64,000 nt of DNA from Candidatus Heimdallarchaeum endolithica (GTDB lineage Archaea > Asgardarchaeota > Heimdallarchaeia > Heimdallarchaeales > Heimdallarchaeaceae), in the NCBI GenBank assembly GCA_021513715.1, contig CP084167.1:1504001-1568000 (forward strand). Reading direction: 5' to 3'. The notes below the pieces were generated by a model. It was not told the DNA's origin, did no database searches, and was given only the letters and a program-made list of their open reading frames with translations. A program made the position numbers and the translations under genes. The stretch's first letter is position 1, and every line of letters begins with the position of its first letter. This document shows positions 20,115 to 30,241 of the stretch, in pieces.

Positions 20115-20788
20115 TGGAACAAAAAACTGACTATGATTATGATTTTTGGGGAGCAGAAGCAGAATTAACAAAGATTAAATGGTTTGGGTTAGAATCCATA
20201 AAGAAAGTAAGAATTTCAAAAAAATATAGAATTTCTGAAATTGATGAAATATTAAGAAAAAAACGGACAATCACAGAAGCAAAACTTCTAATTTCAGCAA
20301 AAAAAGCCAAAGTGCAGACTCCTTTTGTATATGATATTGAGACAAAAAAAAGAACAATAATCATGGAATTTATTAATGGAACTAAAGTCAAAGATTTTTT
20401 GAAATCTAAAGAAATTGATAAGAAAGTTAAAAGGGAATTAATGGAAGAGATAGGAAAAAAAGTAGGATTACTTCACTCAAATGGTTTGATCCATGGAGAT
20501 CTAACTACCAGCAATATTCTCATCAAGAATAACAAACTAGTGTTCATTGATTTTGGTTTGGGAAAGTTTTCAAATGAAATTGAAGATAAAGCTGTAGATG
20601 TTCTACTTATGAAAAAATGTTTAACCAGTACTCACGCAGAGGATAATAAGGAATACTTTTATGCTTTTCAAAAAGGATATATATCAACTTATATCAAAGG
20701 AAGTGAAATATTAAAACGTGCTCTAAAGGTCGAAGCAAGGGGAAGACATCTAAAAGAGTCAGATGTAATTTCAGAATACATACTTTAA
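20114..20788 (+). CDS. bud32: KEOPS kinase Bud32
   Basis: GAEA, 'RKKRTITEAKLL', IHGDLTTSN, IDFGLG, EDKAVD, VEARGR. Confidence 0.95.
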   Translation: MEQKTDYDYDFWGAEAELTKIKWFGLESIKKVRISKKYRISEIDEILRKKRTITEAKLLISAKKAKVQTPFVYDIETKKRTIIMEFINGTKVKDFLKSKEIDKKVKRELMEEIGKKVGLLHSNGLIHGDLTTSNILIKNNKLVFIDFGLGKFSNEIEDKAVDVLLMKKCLTSTHAEDNKEYFYAFQKGYISTYIKGSEILKRALKVEARGRHLKESDVISEYIL

Positions 20789-20796
20789 ATATAGAA

Positions 20797-22101
20797 TCAT
20801 ATTTTTCTAATAATTGGTAACGAATTTATTTTTTTTATTATTTTCCACGTTTCTTCTGCATATTTCTCTTGATGTGTCCAATTACCCTCTATTAATTTTT
20901 GTTTTGATAGTTTTCCTAATTCTTTTCTTATTTTTTTGGAAGTCTTACCAACTGGAGCATTTGCTAATTTTGAACCTGGTAAAGGCATAAAAACATGTGC
21001 TCTAATTTTTGCTCCTATTTTACTAAGAGATTTAATAACTTCGATAGATTGCAATTCATCTGATTCTGTAGCATCTGGTAACCCAAAAATAAAGTCTACA
21101 ATTGGCACAAAACCTGCATCACGGATATGTTTTATTGCTCTTATCCCTTCTTCTACAGAATGCCCTCTATGGTACATTCTTAAAATTTTATCACTCCCAG
21201 ATTGTAACCCTATAGCTATTTTATTATTAGAAACTATTTTTTTTAATTTAGTCATGATGCTTTTAGTAACAGTTTCTGGTCTGACTTCTCCGGGAAAAGT
21301 CCCGAAAAAGACTCTTCTTATTCCATCTGTATTTTTTATTCTTGTGAGTAAATCTATTATTGCCTCTTCATTAATCTCTTTTGGATTTCGAGATAAATAA
21401 CCAAAAGAATTTGGAGTAATAAATCTTATATCATCTAATTTATGTTTTCCCATCCATTGAACAGTCTCCAATATCACATCTGGTGACCTATGTCGTGTTT
21501 TTCTGTTAAATATACTTGGAACTTGACAGAATGCACACCCAAAAGAGCAACCTCTTGTAATTTCCAAGGGCGGAAATAATTTTCTCTTTCTTGAGATCAT
21601 TGGGTAGCTATCTAAATTTATTTGAGGAGGAGAAGGATTAACAATTAGTTTTTCTTTATTTTCAGTTAAATAAGCTATTCCTGGTGTTTTTTCTAATTTC
21701 TCTTGATTTAACCATTTTTCTAAAAAAAGAGAAAATGATAATTCTCCTTCACCGATAAAAGCATAGTCAAATCCAAGTCTTAAAGTGCTCATAGGGTCTC
21801 CAGTAGAGTGACTCCCTCCTGCGATAAACATAATTCTTTTCAAATCTTGAGTTTTTAGGTTAATGTACAGTTCATTCATAGCAGAATATATTTTTTCCAG
21901 TTGTGCAGTTCTAAAGGAAAAAGCAATAATCACTCTATAATATTTTTTTAAGTATGATTGTGTCTTTTTGCTGTCGACATCTGATTCAAGTATAAGATCA
22001 AACCCACAGAGTTTTTCATTTTGGTCTATTGCTGCAACTAGTGGAGTAATACTATAGAAATTCTTTTTCTCAAGACTAAAAATAAGGGCAGAGTTGTTCA
22101 A
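20797..22101 (-). CDS. B12-binding domain radical SAM protein (TIGR04013-like)
   Basis: AGGSH..GDP...GEGE cobalamin domain; EITRGCSFGCAFCQ CxxxCxxC; GTFPGEVRPE. Confidence 0.88.
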   Translation of the reverse strand: MNNSALIFSLEKKNFYSITPLVAAIDQNEKLCGFDLILESDVDSKKTQSYLKKYYRVIIAFSFRTAQLEKIYSAMNELYINLKTQDLKRIMFIAGGSHSTGDPMSTLRLGFDYAFIGEGELSFSLFLEKWLNQEKLEKTPGIAYLTENKEKLIVNPSPPQINLDSYPMISRKRKLFPPLEITRGCSFGCAFCQVPSIFNRKTRHRSPDVILETVQWMGKHKLDDIRFITPNSFGYLSRNPKEINEEAIIDLLTRIKNTDGIRRVFFGTFPGEVRPETVTKSIMTKLKKIVSNNKIAIGLQSGSDKILRMYHRGHSVEEGIRAIKHIRDAGFVPIVDFIFGLPDATESDELQSIEVIKSLSKIGAKIRAHVFMPLPGSKLANAPVGKTSKKIRKELGKLSKQKLIEGNWTHQEKYAEETWKIIKKINSLPIIRKI

Positions 22102-23102
22102 TTTTCATTTCTCCAGTTAACAACTACATCTTCAACTCTATAATGTTGATCAACAATTGTTTCTTTTAGGGGAGTAGAATACCCTCTACTATACATTATA
22201 AGCCCTAACCAAGCGATCATTAATCCGTTATCAATTGCTAAACTAGGTTCTAAACCAAAAAATCTTGACTCATGGGATTCTGCCATAACTTTTAGCATTT
22301 CTTTTAGTCGATTGTTTGAAGCAACCCCCCCACATACTAACACTTCATTTTTTTTGGTATGTGCTAATGCCCTTTCAGTAACTTCAACTAGCATTGCAAA
22401 AACAGTCTCTTGCAAACTATAAGACAAATCCTCAAGAGTATATTCTTTTTTCTTAATCAACTTAGAAATATGTGTTAAAATACCAGAAAAAGACACATCC
22501 ATTCCTTTTATAACATAAGGAATTGGAATATATTTTGTACCCTTTTCTGCCAATAATTCGATTACACGCCCCATTGGAGCTTTTTTATCACTTAAACCAG
22601 CATTTCTTCCAAAAACATCCAAACAATTTCCGACAGGAATATCGATAGTTTCCCCAAAAACACGATATCTACCTTCACTAAAAGCAATTATTTGTGTGTT
22701 TCCTCCTGAAACATACAAAACAACAGGATCCACCATATTCCCTACCAATCGTCCGATTTCAACATGAGCTATAGGGTGGTTTACACCTACTAATGGTTTT
22801 TCGTACTTTAGCGCTAGTGTTCTTGCAGCAACTGCACCTACTCTAAGGCAAGGGCCCAACCCTGGACCTTTTGTAAAAGAGACAATATCTATATCATCCA
22901 TAGTAAGTTTAGAAATATTAAGTGCTTCATTTATCACATCAGGAATATTTTTAGCATGAAATTCAGATGCCTCACGAGGATGAATACCTGAACCTAATGG
23001 GGGTTTGTAGGTTCTTCTGATATTTGCAAGTATTTTTCCATCGTTATCTATTATTCCAACTCCTAATTTGTCAGCAGAGCTTTCAATACCGAGAGATAAC
23101 AT
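22098..23102 (-). CDS. kae1: tRNA N6-threonylcarbamoyltransferase Kae1
   Basis: LGIESSA, GIHPRE, GPGLGPCL, VNHPIAHVE, LYVSGGNTQ, GGVASN, DNGLMIA. Confidence 0.96.
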   Translation of the reverse strand: MLSLGIESSADKLGVGIIDNDGKILANIRRTYKPPLGSGIHPREASEFHAKNIPDVINEALNISKLTMDDIDIVSFTKGPGLGPCLRVGAVAARTLALKYEKPLVGVNHPIAHVEIGRLVGNMVDPVVLYVSGGNTQIIAFSEGRYRVFGETIDIPVGNCLDVFGRNAGLSDKKAPMGRVIELLAEKGTKYIPIPYVIKGMDVSFSGILTHISKLIKKKEYTLEDLSYSLQETVFAMLVEVTERALAHTKKNEVLVCGGVASNNRLKEMLKVMAESHESRFFGLEPSLAIDNGLMIAWLGLIMYSRGYSTPLKETIVDQHYRVEDVVVNWRNEN

Positions 23103-23190
23103 ATTATTTACTCACGATAACCACTTAATATTACACTTAAAAAGATATTTCTGTAAAAGTAGGTTAATATTTTAATATTAGAAAGATATT

Positions 23191-24081
23191 TTGAAAATAA
23201 TGAATAGATTCTTTTTGATTATTTATCCTTGGGATTCTATTGATAAAAAAAATGAAAAAAAGAAGAATTTGACAGGTACTTTTCTCATGATGTCGTTATC
23301 AGGAATATATTCATTCATTTTGATAAGTTTAATTTTGAGAAATATATTACCTATAATTTCTAAATCAGAGTATGAGCTTCTAGGTAAAAACAGCATAACA
23401 TTAAGATTCTTAAATTCTGTTTTTTCTAAAGGTTGGGAATTCGCCCTTATTTTTATCTTTTTAGTTATCTCTTATATTCTAATTTATATCTATAACCTTA
23501 ATATTAAACGAACAACCATTCAATTTCTTTTTTCAAAAATAAAAGCTACAAAAGAATACTATGATTCTCTGTATCGTGTGATTGTTATAATTTGTAAAGA
23601 ATTTATTGAAGTCATTTTCATTGCGCTATTTAATTTCATTATTGCAGAAATATTAACTCTTGGATTGGTTTCAATAGTTTCTACGATTGCTATTTCTTTA
23701 GTTCTTAACTCTAGCCTTTCTGTTTATGGTGTAGCCTTAGCTACAGGAATCATTGTTCATATCCTCACTTATCCAATCATGAATGTTTTGTACTTTCTTA
23801 TTCTTATAAAAGAAAAAAAAGAGAAAACAGTTTTCGAGCGTTTAGATCATGAAAAAATAGACTTTGAATTGGAAAATTGGAGAGATCTCACATGGGGAAA
23901 GAAAGGCTATTCTTATGATTGGAAGGATGAAGAATATGCACCTTTCATCTGTCCAAATTGTAATTCCGTTATCTCAAGCAATTTAGTTATTTGCCCAATT
24001 TGTGGTACAAACGTAGTTGAATTATTAGAAAAAATTATTGAAGAAGAACAGCAAAAAGAAGAACAGCAAAAAGAAGAATAA
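23191..24081 (+). CDS. Multi-pass membrane protein with C-terminal zinc ribbon
   Basis: About four hydrophobic segments, then CPNC-x10-CPIC and an acidic EEQQK-repeat tail. Confidence 0.7.
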   Translation: MKIMNRFFLIIYPWDSIDKKNEKKKNLTGTFLMMSLSGIYSFILISLILRNILPIISKSEYELLGKNSITLRFLNSVFSKGWEFALIFIFLVISYILIYIYNLNIKRTTIQFLFSKIKATKEYYDSLYRVIVIICKEFIEVIFIALFNFIIAEILTLGLVSIVSTIAISLVLNSSLSVYGVALATGIIVHILTYPIMNVLYFLILIKEKKEKTVFERLDHEKIDFELENWRDLTWGKKGYSYDWKDEEYAPFICPNCNSVISSNLVICPICGTNVVELLEKIIEEEQQKEEQQKEE

Positions 24082-24096
24082 GGAAATTAGTTCAAA

Positions 24097-25341
24097 TTAT
24101 ATAGCCGTTGGAAACTTTGCATAGCTTCTAAACTCTATCCAATCTTCTAAGTGCCTGTTAATTATATTTTCTATTTCATCTTGATCTAGTTTTCTTGCAA
24201 CTGATTCATCAGATGTTAATAAAGCCATAATATATCTTTCATTTTTAAATTCTAGATCTCGTAGTATGAAAATTTCATTTGTTTTTTCTTCATCATCTAG
24301 AACGTATCTTCTTATTCTTAGAAAAGGTTCTCTCATATTTGCTATAGTTTCAATTGCTTCATAGTATGCATTATGGGATAGTTCTTCTAGTTTCTCATTT
24401 TTTGAGTATTGAGCAAAGCAGATATTACTTCTAAAATCATATAAACCAAAGAATTCTGCATTAAGAGTTTCAGCTACTTGTTTTGATGCATTTGCGATAT
24501 AATCTTGAATTAAACTTATGTTTCTAAATATGTGTGAAAAAGCACCTAGTATGGAAGAACGTATATGAACGCTCGTTCTAAAGATTCCTTTTGCTGGATC
24601 AAATGAAGGAACATTAGAATGTAAATATTGCACCATTGAACCAAATATTGAATTAGCTTTTTCACTTAAGACAAAATCAGGGTCAGATTTGTGGAAGAAT
24701 ATAGTCCATGGAACATCTAACCTTAGTTTTTGAGTAACATTAACTATTTGTTTTAAATATTCAAAACTTTCTTCATATCTATCTTCCGCTTGAACATCTA
24801 CCACATAAATAATTGTATCTGTTCCGATAAAATACTGTTCAGGATTATTGAGATAGTCATCTCTGTATATTTTTTGTCCTCCTAATTCATGTAAGTGAAT
24901 ATCAAGACCAAAAACCTCTAACTTTCCACGTAAAAGCCCTCTTGTAGGAGTTAAAGCATTTAACTTCTGGAAAAGCAGAGAAAAAGCTCCTCTGTGTTTC
25001 AAAGCAATGGAAAGTGAGGTTTTTCCTACATTATCTATCCCTGCTAAAATAATTTTAGCTCCTGTGGTTATTTTTTCAGTTTTCTCCACAAGCAAAAGTT
25101 TGCTTGCAGCAATCCAACTATCTATACGCTCTTTTGGAAAAAGTTTTGACAGTTCATTGTAATGTTTATTCCACTCCTTTGCCAATTTTTCAATTGTTTC
25201 TAAACCAAAATTCTCAAGAGACTTAACCTCACTTTCTCTAATATCTAAGAGGGCTATTACTGGTAAATCAGCTAAATTAGTTTCTTTTCTATAATCCTCT
25301 TTTAACAGCTTTTCTTTTATATCTAACACTTTTTTCACCAA
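24097..25341 (-). CDS. Arf/Rag-like small GTPase with N-terminal HhH-like and C-terminal roadblock/longin-like domains
   Basis: G1 GIDNVGKTS, G2 PTRG, G3 ELGGQ, G4 HKSD, G5 TSV; flanking-domain folds are inferred. Confidence 0.85.
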   Translation of the reverse strand: MVKKVLDIKEKLLKEDYRKETNLADLPVIALLDIRESEVKSLENFGLETIEKLAKEWNKHYNELSKLFPKERIDSWIAASKLLLVEKTEKITTGAKIILAGIDNVGKTSLSIALKHRGAFSLLFQKLNALTPTRGLLRGKLEVFGLDIHLHELGGQKIYRDDYLNNPEQYFIGTDTIIYVVDVQAEDRYEESFEYLKQIVNVTQKLRLDVPWTIFFHKSDPDFVLSEKANSIFGSMVQYLHSNVPSFDPAKGIFRTSVHIRSSILGAFSHIFRNISLIQDYIANASKQVAETLNAEFFGLYDFRSNICFAQYSKNEKLEELSHNAYYEAIETIANMREPFLRIRRYVLDDEEKTNEIFILRDLEFKNERYIMALLTSDESVARKLDQDEIENIINRHLEDWIEFRSYAKFPTAI

Positions 25342-25514
25342 ATTCTGCGAAATAATTACACGTAAGAGCGCTTGAAATATAGTTGTCTAACTATCAAAAT
25401 AAGTATTTTGTTTCTATTACTAAGAATATTAAAAAAAAGAGAGAAATAAATTAAGGAAAACAAAAACAATCTAAAAAAAAATAGAACTTACGACGGAAAA
25501 GTTAAAAAGATTTT

Positions 25515-27524
25515 ATGTTTTTTACGGATAAACAGCAACGAATGGAGAAAAGAAAATTGCGTGCACGTAGATTAAACAAAATACTGTTGATTACATTATT
25601 ATTAATTACCACTTTTTCGGTAAGCATATTTGGAAGAGCATATTTTTCTTCAGTTAGTGATTTTGGAAAGACAGACCCAAATTATTCGATAAATAATATC
25701 GTAGCTTTTGACACCAATGAGCCCATAATTGACGGGAATTTAGAAACTTATGAAGGAGAGTGGGCTAATGCTACAGTTTATAGTAATATCATAGATGGGA
25801 TAAACTATACTATTACTTTAAAAGCCAATGAAACTCATCTTTTCTTTGGAATAAGTTATGAAACCAATTTGTTTGTCGAACTTACAGAATCTAACGCAAG
25901 CATCCCTCACACCTGGTATACAATTGTCTTTGATAGCAATTTTGACAAAGAATTTGGAACAGAACTAGTCCCTGAAGACACAATCCTATTTAACTATCAA
26001 GAAAAGGATGCTACAGATGCTACTTTAAACGGAACAGAAACAAATTCATTGACTTTAGATGAAGAACTAGGAGGAGAAGACAATACTGTTGGAGCAATGC
26101 AAACAGATCTTTTTGTTGAAGAATACACAGTAACAATTGAAATAGCTAAAGAATTAAATTCAGGAGATAAAAAAGGAAATGACATATCTCTACACCCAAG
26201 CGATGCAATTCTATTTGCTTTAATTCCATTTGCTAATCATACAAATATATTCAACAATACTGAGGTTCCCACTTTACAATGGAATTCTTTGAGACTAGAA
26301 CCCACACAGGAGTTCTACTCTTATGTAAAAAATACTGAAGATTTATCAGTAGTAACTTATATTACAGATTCAGTAAGATCTAATAAAAAAGATTTTAATT
26401 CAATAGGACACATGTTAGAAGCCTATCAACTAAATTCTCAGTTGGCAGATAAAAATAACTTTGAGATCACAACAGAAAATCTTAACGATGTTGATCTATT
26501 TATTATGGCAGGAAATCAAAAATCTTTAACATCTAGCCAAATTGCAGTATTACGTTCATATTTGACTAGTGGAGGCAGCATACTTCTTATTGCAGATGAA
26601 GTAAAAAATGAGAGTTCAATTAACGAATTATTAAGAATGTTTAATATGGAATTTTACAATGCAACACTTTACTCCAACAATACTGCAATAAATGATTCTC
26701 TTACTTTTGATCAAACAGCCCTTGCACAATTAGATTATCTACAAGAGGATAGCGTATTTACTGAAACTACATTCGACAACGTCTTTTACACAGGTACTGC
26801 AATAAAAAATATCTCAACTTATGGAGAAAATATTTTGTTTGGTCAAGATGCAGACTTATATCCTATTCTTTCCAAAGAAGGAGAATTTTTCATCAATCTA
26901 GGTGAAAAAACAACTTATAATAGTTCAGAAGATATCCCAATAAATAATGCAATATTACAAACTGCTTTAGAACTAAAATATGGAGGAAAAATGATAGTTT
27001 CTGCATCCTCTGACATGTACAATTCTACAAATCTTGTTTTTGGTTCAAATAAAATGTTACTTCTTAAAGAGATTCAGTGGTTACTTAATTTCAGATTTAG
27101 GATAAACTACGAAAACTTTAATGTCCCTCAAACAAAAGTTACAGAAGGCAATCCAATTGAAATGAATATTAGTGTCACAGGAAATAATGATACAGTTTTG
27201 GCAGATGTAGAAGTGCAAGGAAGAGTGCTTGTTCTCAAATCAGTTGTTTCATCTGTTACATTAAATGTTTCAGATAACAACATTGACTTCTATGGACAAA
27301 TTGTTCCAAAAACTAAAGCTTCTTGGGTTGATGTTGAGATACTGATGCATAAGAGAGGATATGGATACAACTACACTGAACTAGTAGAAATTCTAATTGA
27401 GAAACAAATAGAGATTCCAATAGCAATAGATTATGTATCTTTAATAATATTTATAGCTTCAATAGGATTGGCTATAATAGGAATAATAACCCTAAAAAGG
27501 CACAAGATTCGAAAAGAAGAATAG
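25515..27524 (+). CDS. Secreted/membrane-anchored surface protein with a GldG/IFT52(GIFT)-like domain
   Basis: N-terminal signal/TM, 'PIIDGNL...EW' sugar-binding-like start, 'LNDVDLFIM...LRSYLTSGGSILLIAD...NELLRMFNM...GGKMIVSAS', C-terminal TM followed by a basic tail. Confidence 0.65.
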   Translation: MFFTDKQQRMEKRKLRARRLNKILLITLLLITTFSVSIFGRAYFSSVSDFGKTDPNYSINNIVAFDTNEPIIDGNLETYEGEWANATVYSNIIDGINYTITLKANETHLFFGISYETNLFVELTESNASIPHTWYTIVFDSNFDKEFGTELVPEDTILFNYQEKDATDATLNGTETNSLTLDEELGGEDNTVGAMQTDLFVEEYTVTIEIAKELNSGDKKGNDISLHPSDAILFALIPFANHTNIFNNTEVPTLQWNSLRLEPTQEFYSYVKNTEDLSVVTYITDSVRSNKKDFNSIGHMLEAYQLNSQLADKNNFEITTENLNDVDLFIMAGNQKSLTSSQIAVLRSYLTSGGSILLIADEVKNESSINELLRMFNMEFYNATLYSNNTAINDSLTFDQTALAQLDYLQEDSVFTETTFDNVFYTGTAIKNISTYGENILFGQDADLYPILSKEGEFFINLGEKTTYNSSEDIPINNAILQTALELKYGGKMIVSASSDMYNSTNLVFGSNKMLLLKEIQWLLNFRFRINYENFNVPQTKVTEGNPIEMNISVTGNNDTVLADVEVQGRVLVLKSVVSSVTLNVSDNNIDFYGQIVPKTKASWVDVEILMHKRGYGYNYTELVEILIEKQIEIPIAIDYVSLIIFIASIGLAIIGIITLKRHKIRKEE

Positions 27525-27652
27525 TTGTCACAATTATTTTTTACTTTTTTTACTTTTTAAAAAGCTAGTTTATGTTTTATCTTGGAAACAACTATTTTAA
27601 TGAATAATGATAGTAGGTAAAATTTTTATTTTTATAGAGGATAGAAGAAGTT

Positions 27653-28354
27653 ATGTCAGAAATTCAAAGAAAAATAGATCTGCTCATATCAGAGGCAAAT
27701 GCCCATTATGAAACTAAACGGTATAAGGATGCTGCAAAAACTTTTGCTCATTTAATCGATTTAACATTAAAAAATAACGATCCTGAGGAAGCAATATATT
27801 TTGGTTATCGTGTTGCAGACTGTTGGAAAAAAGAGAAAAATGAATTAAATAGAGCAAAAACCTTCAAACTCATTTCAGAAATAGCTAACTCTTCAACTGC
27901 ATTAGTATCGGAGAGTTATGCAAAAAGAACAAAAAATCTACAAGAAAAGGCAGAATCACTAATTATAGCTGGTGAATCTTATTTCGCTAGTAATAAAACA
28001 AAAGCAAAAGAAAAAATAAAAGAAGCAATAGTTATCCTTGAAACAATAGAAAAAAAGACAACAAAATTGGAAAAGAAAGAAGAGATTTTAAATGAGATAG
28101 TAAAAGCTATCAGACTTACTGGTAATACTAGAAAACTAAAGTCTATTAATACAAAACTAATATCTCTAAAAAAGGAAATAGCCGAGAAAGCTCTAAAAGA
28201 GGGAGGACAAACTAATTTGTTAACTGCACTCCGTGAATTTGAAGATATTATTCAGATTTATGAGGAAAATAAAATCCCAAAAGATAGTGATATAATTTCA
28301 AAAATTAAAATGATCAAACAAAAAGTCGAGGATTATGATCCATTCTCAACTTAG
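27653..28354 (+). CDS. TPR/alpha-SNAP-like helical repeat protein
   Basis: 'ANAHYETKRYKDAAKTF...EEAIYFGYRVADCWKK' resembles SNAP/TPR helical hairpins. Confidence 0.55.
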   Translation: MSEIQRKIDLLISEANAHYETKRYKDAAKTFAHLIDLTLKNNDPEEAIYFGYRVADCWKKEKNELNRAKTFKLISEIANSSTALVSESYAKRTKNLQEKAESLIIAGESYFASNKTKAKEKIKEAIVILETIEKKTTKLEKKEEILNEIVKAIRLTGNTRKLKSINTKLISLKKEIAEKALKEGGQTNLLTALREFEDIIQIYEENKIPKDSDIISKIKMIKQKVEDYDPFST

Positions 28355-28365
28355 ACTCTTTAAAA

Positions 28366-29370
28366 ATGTTTATAGGAGTTCAATGTCCTTTTGGTTTAGA
28401 ATTGGTAGATAGAAAAATGTTTAATCAGATAGAGAATAAGAGAAGTTTTCTGAAAAATTTACTTAAGTACAAAGAAGTATTTTTTTCACAAATTTTCCAT
28501 ATTTATTCTTATGGTCTATTTTTAGCTATGTATTTATGGTTCGTTTTCTTTGACATTATAGCACTTCATCTTATAATATTCAGTTTTATAGTTGGGTTTT
28601 TAGCAATAGTAGCAGATATTGTAATTTATTATACACTAAAGAATCTTTACTATGACACTTTTGATTTTGGAAAAGTAATTGTAACCTTTTTAGTCTTTTA
28701 CTTATTTCAAATGTCATATTTTTTAAAAGCTTGGTTCAATATTGAGCCCCAGCAATTAATGTTAGGTTACCTAATAGGATACTCTCAATTAAAAATGACT
28801 GGAGTTTTAGCAACGATTCTAAAGTCTGTGGGGTCATTTGCCTTATTATTGTCTTTTATTTCTTGTTTAAATTATTCTAAATCAGGATATAGTAGACTTA
28901 TTCCAGGATGGAATAAAAAAGTTAGTTCAGGAGAATTTATTTTTTTATCTTTTATTGTTGCCACAATCAATATAATTGCTGCGTTACAGATGGCTAGTTA
29001 CATAAAAGATAGAATTATTAATGTGTACATTTTACTAACATTTTTCACTTTAGCAAGCTTATTAATTATTCCAACTTATAAATCTAAAATCAAAATTTTC
29101 TCTGAAGAGTCTCCAGAAACCAAAAAAATGTTACAGATGATCAAAAATAATAAGTCAGCAATTATAATTGATTCTATATTTCTCTTTGCTAGCGACACTA
29201 TTCTTTTCTTTAGTTTCTCTGTAATAGGCCCTTGGGAGGTATTTTCTATCTTATTATCAGCTTCAGTAATAATTAGAAATAGAGTTAGAGCTATTGGTTC
29301 AGTCCAAAGAGAAAGAAAAGAAGAAGAATTAGATTTAATATCCCAGAAATTATTTAACAATTTTAATTAA
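28366..29370 (+). CDS. Polytopic membrane protein of unknown function
   Basis: About 7-8 hydrophobic segments; no motif recognised. Confidence 0.7.
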   Translation: MFIGVQCPFGLELVDRKMFNQIENKRSFLKNLLKYKEVFFSQIFHIYSYGLFLAMYLWFVFFDIIALHLIIFSFIVGFLAIVADIVIYYTLKNLYYDTFDFGKVIVTFLVFYLFQMSYFLKAWFNIEPQQLMLGYLIGYSQLKMTGVLATILKSVGSFALLLSFISCLNYSKSGYSRLIPGWNKKVSSGEFIFLSFIVATINIIAALQMASYIKDRIINVYILLTFFTLASLLIIPTYKSKIKIFSEESPETKKMLQMIKNNKSAIIIDSIFLFASDTILFFSFSVIGPWEVFSILLSASVIIRNRVRAIGSVQRERKEEELDLISQKLFNNFN

Positions 29371-29409
29371 ATCTGAAAAAATGAACAACTAAAGCAAAAA
29401 ATAAATAGT

Positions 29410-29420
29410 AAATTATAAGA
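29410..29420 (+). promoter_or_regulatory. Putative TATA box of the tRNA-Arg(CCT) gene
   Basis: aaattataaga centred about 25 nt upstream of the mature tRNA 5' end; weak evidence given the AT-rich background. Confidence 0.4.
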
Positions 29421-29438
29421 AAAGACATAAGAATATCA

Positions 29439-29515
29439 GACCCTGTAGCTCAGTAGGATAGAGCACCTGCCTCCTAAGCAGGGGGTCGACGGTTCGAATC
29501 CGCCCAGGGTCGCCA
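29439..29515 (+). tRNA. tRNA-Arg(CCT), intronless, CCA encoded
   Basis: Acceptor GACCCTG/CAGGGTC, anticodon arm CCTGC-ctCCTaa-GCAGG, T-loop GGTTCGAATCC, ends GCCA. Confidence 0.97.
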
Positions 29516-29600
29516 AGCTTGATTGTTTATTATTAATAAATACTCAACATTTCTTTAAGTTATATATTTATAATATTAAGAAAGAAAGCAGGTAAAAAAA

Positions 29601-30128
29601 ATGCCTTATGACAAAATTCCTGTCTACATTTGTGATTTTCACACATGTAATCCAAAAAAATGTACAGCAAACAGAATACTTCGTTTCAACAAGGCTAAAG
29701 AAATTAAAAAAAGAGAAATTTCTAAATTTCAAATAGTTTTAACGCCCTTTTCAAGTATTGCTCTTTCTCAAGCAGATAAAAAACAAGCTATAAAACATGG
29801 GATAGTAGGCGTTGATTGCAGTTGGAACAACATAGAATCAGGAAAAGAAGCTTTAACTAAAGGAACTGGAAGAGCTTTACCATACCTTGTACCTGCAAAC
29901 CCTATAAACTATGGAAAGCCTACAAAATTAAGTACTTTAGAAGCAATAGCTTCTGCATTAATAATTTTAGGTAATATAAGACAAGCAGAAGAGATTTTAC
30001 AATTAGAGAAATGGGGATCTGAGTTCTATAAAATTAACAAAGAGTATCTTGATCTCTACTCTAAAGCAAAAACAAGCAAAGAAATAGTTCAAATTCAATC
30101 ACAGATTATTTCTAAACTGAGAAGATAA
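29601..30128 (+). CDS. tsr3: 16S rRNA aminocarboxypropyltransferase Tsr3 (DUF367)
   Basis: CNPKKCT, VDCSW, RALPYLVPANPINYGKP.KLSTLEA. Confidence 0.95.
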   Translation: MPYDKIPVYICDFHTCNPKKCTANRILRFNKAKEIKKREISKFQIVLTPFSSIALSQADKKQAIKHGIVGVDCSWNNIESGKEALTKGTGRALPYLVPANPINYGKPTKLSTLEAIASALIILGNIRQAEEILQLEKWGSEFYKINKEYLDLYSKAKTSKEIVQIQSQIISKLRR

Positions 30129-30241
30129 TTCTTTTTTCCATTTGCAAAAATTTCATTGAAATCTAAAATTCAGAAAAATAAGAATATTTTTACAAATAGT
30201 TCTTTCAAAAATTTTTTTAATACAATAACGACAAGTTCTCG

